Part shown: one piece after another, positions 25,910-36,357 of the stretch | Layout: each line of letters starts with the position of its first letter | Numbering within the stretch: position 1 is the first letter of the stretch | From: Massalongia carnosa | Taxonomy: Eukaryota | Assembly (NCBI GenBank): GCA_965645245.1 | Contig: OZ287070.1 | Span: forward strand, 1,054,001-1,118,000 | DNA: 64,000 nucleotides | Reading direction: 5' to 3' | Program-made: the position numbers and the translations under genes | The notes under the pieces: generated by a model | What the model was told of the DNA's origin: nothing | Database searches by the model: none | Seen by the model: the letters and a program-made list of their open reading frames with translations, nothing else

Positions 25910-27265
25910 TCAATTCCCCAATTCCCCCAGAATTAAATTCCGATCCGATGATCCCGATACGACTGAAATCCCACACATCAGCTAGATTCTCCTACGTTTC
26001 TGGGTGCGCCCCCAGCAAGAAATGGTTAACTCACTAATGGGTTCCTCCCCCGGCGAAAACCTCACGTCATTGACAGTCCCCTTGTGCCCTGGTAGCTTAT
26101 ACAGCAAATTGCCACTCCCAACATCCCAAACCACCGCTGTGCCGTCCCCGCTGCCGGCCGCGATCCGCTCTCCCTTCCGATCCCAACTGGCCCGGATGAG
26201 GTTTTTCTCCAACCCCATCGGTGCCCCGACGTACGCTTTCATGGTGCGGTCCGTCGGCGCAAAAGGGCGAATATCCCATGTGCGCGCTAGGCCGTCGTGG
26301 GAATACGACAGAAGGGTTTGCGCGTCCGGCGAGACCTCAAGTGAGGTGACAGTGTCGGCATGACCTGGCATGGTGTATACGACCGCTTTCTTACGTACAT
26401 CCCACACCTTAATATCGTTATCAATTCCGCCGGTGTACAGCTCGTTGCCCGCTTCGGCCAGCGCGATGGCCGTGATCGGGAAATCAGTGGCAGTGTAATC
26501 GACTGCGTATTTCTGCCGCGGGTCCCAGATCGAAATGTAGCCATCGTCTGAGCCTGTAACAAGGACTTCTTCTCCATGCCGCGACACGCAGAGGCTATTT
26601 ATTTGCTCAGAGTGACATTCGTGGCGGCGGATACGTTGGCCAGTCGAGACGTCCCAGCTCGAGAGGGTAGTGTCGGCGGAGGCGGAGAAGATAACACGCG
26701 AGTCTCGCGACCAGAATAGGTCGAGGATAGCGCCTTTATGACCTGTCAAAATGCCATAATTTGAACAGGAGCCGGTGGTATGCCAGAGCACTGGGGCGGC
26801 CATTAACTGAGGATTCTCATGCCAAATTCGTCATAAACGACGGAGGGATGTACTGATTGTTCTATCCATTGAGCCGCTAGTTATATGCTCCCCTGAGGGA
26901 TCGAACCGCGTTGCAAAGACCTCTCCCGAATGCCCTGATTGACATTAACGTTCTCTGTGTGCGCAACTTCGGATGGAAAGCCTCACCCGTGAGCTCCATA
27001 ATTGGCGCCTGTAGCCCGCTTGTGCGAGGCACCTAGTCGCACCTCTCCATCAGCCGGCCTTTTTTCGCACATTTTGTTCAGCACAGGTTCGCTAGAGACT
27101 TAGCCAAAGACTTACCGCTTGTATGAATGCCCCATTTGCTGCATTGCCGTTTATCAACGCCACAGCTCTCCCACTTTCCAAATCGATGTTTGACTTCTGC
27201 CTCTTAACAACCATTTGAGTTGACCCAAAGGCGTCGGAGGCATGACGCTTCTCAGCCGCCATCAT
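25910..27265 (-). CDS. SNRNP40: U5 snRNP 40-kDa WD40 protein (SNRNP40/Spf38/Cwf17 ortholog)
   Basis: Starts M(M)AAEKRHASDAFGS, exon VPRTSGLQAPIMEL, then WD repeats with EKNLIRASWD and LLYKLPGHKGTVNDVRFSP. Final exon IVSGSSDRNLILGELGN* (TGA 25910-25912). Several canonical introns. Confidence 0.92.
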
Positions 27266-27649
27266 TGATATCTTTGTCGGAAGATGAATGAGTCAAGACC
27301 AAAGGGTATCATCTATGACTGCATCATACGTGGTAGTAAGGAAATTCCCTCCAGAGAAACAGAACTGGGTTGGAATGAAAAGGCTAAAAGAAATATAGAT
27401 ACTTGGGCTGTACCTCTCTGTATGAGGTCCGGAATTGAACTTTGCTTACGTAAGGATTGATATCAGGTTCAGCCTTATTGAACCCATGTGTGCATCATAA
27501 GATGTTCGAGAATGGTGATCCTTCATCTACCTAATCTCGACCACATCATTAACCGTTTCGGTCCTGGTCATGTCACTGAACTTCCCCTTCCTCAAGAAAC
27601 ATATTGTTGGCTTGCTGCATTCAATGTGCTGAACGAGGACTAACTATTA

Positions 27650-28638
27650 ATGGCGTCAAACAAGGCTGCCAGAGTTGGTGAAGAGTGAGCCTCATCATAA
27701 AGACTATGAACGTTACACTAATCCGATTTCAGGATATGGAAGTACGTTAGATTTTTGCATGCAGGTTTCTTCTCCGACAAGAGCCACTAGTTCCTTTTCT
27801 CTTCCTGCTTCCTCTAGGGTGAGACCGTTCCTGATCTTGGATTAGGACTCGCATTGATAAAGTCAACGCGGAACTTGTAACCTTGACCTACGGCACTATG
27901 GTAGCTCAGCTCTGCTCCGACTATGAGAACAATTACGGCGAAGTCAACAAGCAATTAGACAAAATGGGCTACAATATTGGCATGCGCTTGGTCGAGGACT
28001 TCTTTGCCAAGTCAGGGGTTCCCCGATGTGCGAACCTAAAAGACACTGCGGAAACAATCTCCAAAGTGCGTGACATCTTACCTGTCCTACTATAATCATC
28101 CAGGGCCACAAATAATGCTGTGTTCATGCTCCATCAGTTCTGGTAATGGACGCTAAAGTGACAGGCAGATAGGTTTCAAGATTTTCCTGAACATCACACC
28201 TACGGTTACGAATTGGTCGACCGATAGCAAACAATTCTCACTGATATTCGAGGAGAATCCCTTGGCCGACTTTGTTGAGCTGCCAGATGATGGACGAGCG
28301 CAAGATGAGCTCTGGTACTCGAATATCTTGTGTGGCATTCTCCGAGGCGCGCTGGAGATGGTAAGTCTATCACAGCATGCGGGATGACTCTATGTCTTCC
28401 CCATTTACGTCCTTCCCTTTGATTGCGTTGGATTTGACTATCACCTTTCTACCACGTCCGATGATTTGATTCACCTTCACAGTTTTGAGATGATTCGCTG
28501 CTCACGTTCAATCACTAGGTACAAATGCAGGTCGAGGCACATTATGTTAGCGATCTCCTAAGAGGGCATGACTCTACGGAGATGCGAATCACACTCCTAA
28601 GATATATCGACGATGAAATGCCCCCCGACGATGAATGA
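27650..28638 (+). CDS. BET3: TRAPP complex core subunit Bet3
   Basis: Spliced product MASNKAARVGEE-IWK-TRIDKVNAELVTLTYG...MGYNIGMRLVEDF...IGFKIFLNITP...NPLADFVELP...LWYSNILCGILRGALEM-VQMQVE...YIDDEMPPDDE*. Includes a 9-nt exon at 27733-27741. Confidence 0.95.
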
Positions 28639-30587
28639 TAGGAGGGTCGTCGTTGGTTCTGCTTCTTGATACGATCGCAACAAGAGTTCGGAGGAAGATT
28701 CCTCGAAAATCCCAGCCTTGGTCTTGTATAACGTGCATGTTGAACTTGTCTAGCGATGAGGATCGAGGGCTTTAGCAGATCTTTGGCTTGCAGAACGAGT
28801 CCTGATGCTTTAAGGGATGCTCATCGCTTTGAGTGAGACCTAAGAAATACGGACGCCGAATTTAGGTACTTTCTTCCCCTTATATACCTTGGTTTGGATG
28901 TAGGTGTCCGAATGTAACTCGGTAGACACGCTATGGATCCTATCCTTTCGGTGATTTCGCCAATCCATTGGCCCCTGGCTCATGTGTATCACCAACCCCG
29001 CAAACGCAAAAGCAAAAGCCACAGCAAATTGGCATTCAGGTACAGTGCGGCAACGTTTCAAGATAAAACGTTATGGATTTCCCTTGACCATGATCGCAAC
29101 CTTGAAGCGGTGGAGGTGGAGGCTTTCGATTATGATGATTGATGATGTGAATGCGGTGATTTGATATGTCGCCATCTCAATCTCATAACTCGTTGGTCTA
29201 GCACTGCCAGAGTGAAGGACTTTTCGGGCCAACTCGAGCGGCGATCCTGGTCCTCTCTCATCCTATCCACTCACGTACGGAAGGAGCAAGCACCTACTGA
29301 TTGATTCCTTTTCAACCCCGGGGGGACTGCGCAGTTGCGAGGGTTCATTCGAACAGTCCAACGCTGTGTGTAGAACCCAAGTAAATAAATTGCATGTGAA
29401 AATGCATGTGGAATTGCATGTGAAAAGTCGAACGCAGGACGTAAAAAGTCGAGGTTGAATAGTGAGATCATGTGTATCCCGACTCGGTGTCGCACACAGG
29501 CTTTCACGCCAAAGTAAGGCTTTCCTCTCTCACTCTCTCTCCCTCCCTCTTCCTCTCCGTTTCTTCCTTCTTCACTCACTCGTCACTCTTCACTTCCTCA
29601 CTCCCTCGCTCCTTCACTCATCAACGCCTGTTCCAGCCCACGCTCCCCGTCAATCACGCTCTGCACTCGCCATTCGTCCCTGCCTGCCTTAACTTCATTC
29701 GGTCGTTGTATTCTTAAGACATACATATATTCATGCATGTACTCGATATGATATGCCCCACCACATCCTATCGTCAATACTCTTCGATCAGACATATCAC
29801 ATCACCATAGCATTCCCTACCGGTCATTGTTCATCGGCCATTGTCGACGTCTTCACCATTCGATATTCCTCGTACTGTCTACAATTCACAAATCATTATT
29901 TACCTCCAAATATAGAGGTTCAAACCCCAACCCCCCGTGATACATTCTACGCCGGACATTTCGCTGCAACTCACCTTTACGCCCTCGCACTAACCGAATT
30001 GGCGCCCCGTCGATTTCTAAACTTATTCCTACCACCACCACTTTGTACTCAACTCTATCCATCCAACCAACTTCACATAACCACCCCCCCCCGGCACCAT
30101 CTACAGCGACATTCCTACCGCTAGACATTCTCGACAACTCCGTTATATTGTACCGCGAATATTCGAACTCTGCTGCTGACCCAACAGGTGAAGCGCTGAC
30201 GTCTGGGGGTGGTGCACCGGGCTTCCCGCCTTGCCACGGTCGCAATTGAAGCGAAGAATTTCAATCTCCTTTTCCGCACCGACTTCTCAAACGTGCCGCC
30301 ATAGGTATTGGCGACCTGCTATAAACTCCTTACAGAGTGCGTGTGGTGGAACTCCATGCTATCTATGTTCTAGTTGCTGTCATTCGTTTTGCACTCCGCG
30401 CTCGTCGCCCCAAACGCTTTGCATATTTCACCCACCCCAGCTTTCATCCATACCACCACATCCCTCCGAAGCGCTGGAACCACAATTTTTGCGATAACGT
30501 GCATCCGGAGAGTCATCTCACTGCCGAGCCACGGAACACTTTAGTACACCAGTTCCGCTTTGTAAGACCACAAGGAGTTGTGTCGGT

Positions 30588-33172
30588 ATGGCTGCGACGA
30601 ATGCTGGAGGGGCATTCGGAGGGATGCCTCTGATGAACAACGGGACACATGGCACAACGCCCAGGGCGGGTAGCGATCAGGAAGACAACGATTTCGAAGC
30701 CCGGCTGAATACATACATTTATGATTTTTTCTTGAAGAGCGAAAACTACCAATGCGCCCGAACGATGCTAACTAGCGGGGTGCCGATGGAGCCTCCTGTC
30801 CGACGTCGGGATGAAATGAACGGGGCAGATGATAACATGCATACTGATGCAAAAGACGACATGGATTCGAAAAGACCGGAGGATCTGCCTCCGGTCCTGG
30901 GGTGGTCGGAGAACTCATTCCTCTTGGATTGGTTTTCTTGTTTTTGGGATTTTTTCTTCGCCCGGAAAAGCGACAACAACAACAAGGCCAGCGCCAACGC
31001 CATGGTATATTTGCAACACACCCAGGTTCGTGGTCATTCACCTGTGGTTCGAGGGGATGCTGATCGTTGTCAATGCAGCAGCAATCTAGAATCCATCGAG
31101 AGCAGCAGCAACAAATGTTCCGCGCCGCGCCTGGCATGATGCCTGGCGGGATGGACAATTATCAACAGATGTTGCGCTTCCAGCAAGCTAATGGGATGCA
31201 AATGAGTGCAGACCTGCGCCAGAAAGCGTTGCAGAACAACCGGACTTTTGCGCAGTCGTAAGTCACGGCCAGCATCTTGCCCTGATTGTTACCCGTAGAA
31301 TATCCCTTCATATCACAGACCTGCGCTAACGATGTACTTTACACAGGACTCCACAGCAGCTAGCACAGATGGCGGCGAATAGCAAGCAGCAGCAAATGCT
31401 CCATCAACAGCAGATGCGACGGGACCCGTCTGATATGGACATTAACGGTCAAAGACCACGCACACCTTCGGGAGACAATGCGCCATCTCCATCGAAAAGA
31501 CCTCGGCTTGAAGGGGTTCCGTTCACTGGGCAGCAGATGATGCACAATGCAAGAGGACCACCGCAAGGGCTGCCTGGTCAGCAAATGATGGAAACTCCAA
31601 CCGTAAACGCAAAAAGTCTCCTTGAACAACACGGGATCAACCCAAATGGCCTGTCGCAAAGTCAGTATTCACAGTTTCAACAGGCAGCCCCATCCGTGCA
31701 GCAGAAATCCATTCAAGTGTACGCCCAAAACATGGCGCGTAGTCAACAACGACAAAGTATGTCAAACTCTGGGATGCCGGGCCAGGCCTCGCCGATGATG
31801 CAGCAAGGCATAGACTTAGCCGCCGGCGGTCCTGCCGAGTACTATACTGTTAACCCGGGAATGAATATGCGCGGCCAAGTCCAGAGTGCGAATGGAGCTG
31901 GCGGTAACCATGCACTCCATGATTACCAGATGCAGCTGATGTTGCTCGAGCAACAGAACAAGAAGCGTTTACTGATGGCTCGTCAGGAGCATGATGGTGG
32001 CGCTCGTCCGGAAGGACAGGCAGGGATGCCCGGTGCGCCTGGTTTTGCGGCGGGAATTTCGCCTCCAGGAAGTAGGTCCGGACAGTCTCCTGGACCCAAT
32101 GACCAAATCAAACGAGGCACTCCAAAAATCGGCCCCGCAGGTTTGCCTGCCGGGGAATCGCCAATGCCTGATGGGAGCATGCCGCAAGGTCGGGATTCCC
32201 CCGCCGCCATGAACTACAATGGTCAGATACCCCCGGACATGTATCCAATGAAAATGGCCGCCGAAGGTATGGGACCGGTGGGCCCGAACATGAGACTACC
32301 ACCCAGCTCTCACCCCCAGTACAATAGACAGTTGACCCGAGAGCAAATGGAAGCAGCGCAACGGACCCAAGGGGCTGTCCAAATGCAAAATGGTGCTTGG
32401 CCGCCCAGTCAAGCAGCCATGATGCAGCAAATGCCTCAACCGCAACAGCAATCACAAGGTACACCTCAGCAACGTGCAATGCCACCGCCAACAAATCTGC
32501 CGGCAGGCGCTACAACAAACGGTCGACCAGCATCTCCTGCACAAGCTCCAGCTCCTCCTACTCCATCGCAGACTGCCAAAGCTGCTCCAAAAGCAAAGAC
32601 CAAGGATAAAGAACCACGTAAGGGGGTAAGATACACTGCGATCAATTGAGAGAATCCTTTAAAGTCTTGTTCGCTAACCGCTCAACAGCGAGTTACAAAG
32701 AAATCTTCAACTGCAGGCGCCCCGACCACTGCACCTCCAGCCACCGATGCTGAAAATCCACCGCCTACGCCAACCCCATCAACGCCAATCACGCCCAGTC
32801 ATCCAAGCTCATTCTCTAACAAAAACGACACGGTAAACGCCGCTGCTGCTCTCATGCATGGTCCAACATCTGCTACTGTTTCGGCCCCGCTTACTCAAAC
32901 GCAGCCAGATGCAAACTCGGTCCAACAGTTCGTGGCGGGGCTAGAAGGGACTGACGTGAGTAGCTAGCCTCGATTTTCTGCGAGCTAGATACTGATAGCT
33001 TTGATAGACTGAGTTCAGCCTCCCGTATTCAAGTGACCTTTCTGGGGACGTGCTTGAGAATTTCGATTTCGATTCCTTCCTTCAAAGCACCGATAACGAC
33101 TTCAATTTCGATCCAGCATCACTAAATTTCACCGGTGGTGATGGCGTTGAGGCTGGCGCTGGAGACGCTTGA
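30588..33172 (+). CDS. SOM1: LisH/LUFS-domain transcriptional regulator downstream of PKA (Som1/SomA, Flo8-like)
   Basis: LisH LNTYIYDFFLK, SFLLDWFSCFWDFF, NLS-like PSPSKRPRLE, NHALHDYQMQLMLLEQQNKKRLLMARQE and C-terminal DVLENFDFDSFL. Five exons with canonical splice sites; stop TGA 33170-33172. Confidence 0.92.
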
Positions 33173-34123
33173 TTTCTATTCACAATTTTCTGTCGCATAT
33201 CACATACGGTTACCTTTTGGATATCATACCCCATTTTTCTGGCTCTTCGGCTTTGCAGCAACGCCTTTTTCCAGTATCGATATGCTCCACTCCAAAATAA
33301 CCGTACCTATGGGGTTCAACTCCTCCATTGGCTAGGAGCATAATAAAACTCCTGACTGCTACCTCTGCAAAATAAAGTTTTGTTTTCGCAACATTTGTAT
33401 CTATTTAATTCGCCGCGAATAAGATGTCTATGCCTCTCAGCTCGACTCCGAGATAGGTGTCTTATTCGTTCTTGCAGTTCCACTTTTTATCACCATCGTG
33501 GAACCAATATCGTTCCTTGTCCAAAGATAGCAAACACAAGAGGTTCTAGCCCTTGATAAGGAACTCGCCCCCCGAACCGTCGAAAATTCGTTTGTTTATC
33601 CTAGGATGCGTATGAAAAAAACAACAGCAGGCGCGGCTTTTGGGTGTTATATTTTATATAATTCCATGTTTCATGTCTATGTTCTTTCTAGGTCCCGCCC
33701 GGGGGAGACTTTGCGCGGATTGGATTCTGGAGGAGGAACGGGGGGGGAGCGCGACGAGATTTGCTAATTTAAGTCCTTGTGCATTTGATTTTCTCTCCTT
33801 CCCCTCCCTCCCCCCACCAAAAAACCCCTCAACTACTATTCTTGTCTACGTGTCATCGGCATCGGTTGGGGGTTTTCACGCGGTTTGGAGAGCGGGGAGA
33901 AAGAAAATGAAATCGGGATGGAAGGAAGGAGAGAGGAGGCAGGAGCTACCGGCGCGATGTGGTGCTATGTATGTTCTGTTGTGTTGTACACGTTCTGTGT
34001 CTGTGTAGAAGAAATGGAATGGAAGCTTGCGGGATTAGTCTGGGTCTGGGTCAAGTCGAGTCGAGTCGAGTCTAGTCTAGTTATTGGTCGACCTATCTAT
34101 CTCTCTTTGATTTATTGATCTAT

Positions 34124-34221
34124 CAATCCAAACGTGCTGCAATCCAAACGTGCTGCAATCCAAACGTGCTGCAATCCAAACGTGCTGCAATCCAAACGTG
34201 CTGCAATCCAAACGTGCTGCA
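34124..34221. repeat. Minisatellite: six perfect copies of 16-bp CAATCCAAACGTGCTG
   Basis: Read directly from the sequence; no spacers between the units. Confidence 0.97.
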
Positions 34222-34832
34222 GATTTTGGCTCGTCGTCGTTGAGACGTTCTGTTGGGGACAAGGATGAAAAGGGGCAAAGGAGGAGAGAATCCGGAAACG
34301 AACGGGAGGACTGGGCTTGGCAGAGTAAGTTTGTGTGTGTTGCGGAGCTTCGCTTTGCTTTCGGGGGGCGGGGATGTCTATGGAACGTGTGCTTTAAACG
34401 CTATCGTTTTGCCCTCGCATATCTATCCGTCTTTCTCTCATTTCCAATTCCGTCGAAGAGCTCATTCCTTCCCCCCCATCCCCCCCCCCCCGGGCCCCCT
34501 TTTGTTATCCTATCCCCCCAGCACGTTCCAGAAGTAGATTCAAGTGCTTCCGGGTTTTGGGGGGATATCAACAATGGGGTTTCTCCACTTCGTCAGAAGC
34601 CTTAGCCTCGACGTTTTCAGGCGCAAGGTTTCTCTCCTTCGAGTTACCCGGTTCCTCAAGAGCTTTAAGCGGCAATTTCCATGGGTCAACGGCAGGAGTC
34701 AGGTGTTGCTGTAGAAAGTACTTAATCGCAACGAGTGGGTGTTGGAATACTCGCTTAGCCCCATTAGTTCTAGCTCAGCCCTGCAGGCTGCCATGACTGC
34801 TATAAGCAGTCACCTCCGTAGTAATTTCAACA

Positions 34833-35715
34833 TTATGCCGTCAACTGTTTATTTAACAGTGGGATCCCATGCCTCATAGCTGTCTGCTCATCCCACGAAG
34901 AGTGAAGGCCTACCAACATCCCATTCGCTTCCTGGAGCAGCGGAGCTTGGGAATGGCCCCAATATGTCCACGCGTCGGGCTTGAGGGTGCCTATCTCGAA
35001 GTTATCATGGGGGTCAACGTCAGGCAAGATGCCGCGGACCAATCCTCTGGACACTTCTATGAGGTTATACGTGTTGGTGCGTCGGCTGGAGGCGGATTCC
35101 AGGTCATCCCTTCCGGGCTGGCCGATGCATATAATAGGTGTTTTCCAGGATGGGGCTCGCGAGGAGAGTGGAACATGGGGAAATGTAGGGATATCTCCAT
35201 GCTTGCCTGCACTTGATTCAATCGCAATGATGTTGAGAAGCGCCAGATCGCGTTTGCAGTCCCACTCTTTGCATTCCACCTGGACTGCCACGCCAATGTA
35301 GAAAAGGAAGCCACTTGCACTTGTTTGCCCTCCATTCTTCCTCGGTATCGTCGAAGCAATGGGAGCAGGTCAATATCCAGCCAGCTGGGTGACTGCAGGT
35401 GGCGCTGCCGGCTTCGTGTTGAGCGAAGATCAAGCTAGCCTCGAGAGTGTTACAAATGTGCGTTCCGGGAGGCAACGAGGCGAGTGTGGAACATGCGTGT
35501 GACGCCAGTTGTCTTTGTTTTTTGCGCAGGAGCCTTAACTCTGGAATTTTCAAGCCGGATAATTTAGAGCCTGGGACAACGATTTTGATGGTTCTTTGCG
35601 AGGAGGAAAATGAGGAAGAAGCGTGGAAGCAAACTGAAGCGGAAACAGACTTCGACTCTACAAACAATGACGATAGCGCAGACGCCGACCTCAAGTTGTG
35701 TCGATTACTCGACAT
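34833..35715 (-). pseudogene. Frameshifted trypsin-like (Trypsin_2-type) serine peptidase
   Basis: ORF 35218-35715 has WILTCSHC (His) and ORF 34833-35291 has DLALL (Asp) and WTYWGHSQAPL (Ser) plus LVGLHSSWD. Removing one base at ~35302-35310 restores KWLLFYIGVAVQVEC. Confidence 0.75.
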
Positions 35716-36357
35716 CGATAGGTGTCAATTCAACAAAACATGTCAGAAACCAAGAAGTGGTAGATTCGCTCTCGCATTGATAGCCGTTGAACGATACCTG
35801 CTCTTGCACCATCGAATCAATGAGTAAGTTCTATCACCGTCAAAATCATGATCATGATCATGAAGCACGAACCTTTCTCTTTGGAAAAGGGTTACACAAT
35901 GACATAGTGATACAGTTAGAATGAGGATAGATGGAATGAAGAGATACAACACGTAAATGATTACGGGATAGATGGGCACAGTAAGGTCTTTCCATACACA
36001 GCGCGCAATACATGTCGACATTATTATCATCGAGAGAGTAAGATTTTTAAAAACCCCTGTATTGTTACAACGATGCCATGGCCAACTGCAAGCATATTGA
36101 AAAGAAATGAATAATTGATATTTTTCTTGCAACTCGATAACACCCTCTACCACTGTAGAACCATGCCCCATGTTAAAGCTATTAGTCCGTCCTTCACGTC
36201 ACCAAAAACGCCAGGAGACATGCTTTGCCTGGAACCAAAAAATCTGGAATTCAATTTTCCATATATAGATTGATACATCAAAAACACATCGCTATTCTAA
36301 ATTATTTTACAGCCATAGAAACTGTCGAGAAGGGAAACAAAATGACGAGCGATTCAT

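Noticed and set aside
12719..28638. Functional cluster of RNA-processing genes (RRP7, U2, U5-40K)
   Set aside because: They are interspersed with unrelated genes, and proximity alone is not evidence of a cluster.
34124..34221. CRISPR-like array
   Set aside because: Units are contiguous with no spacers, there are no cas genes, and the context is eukaryotic.
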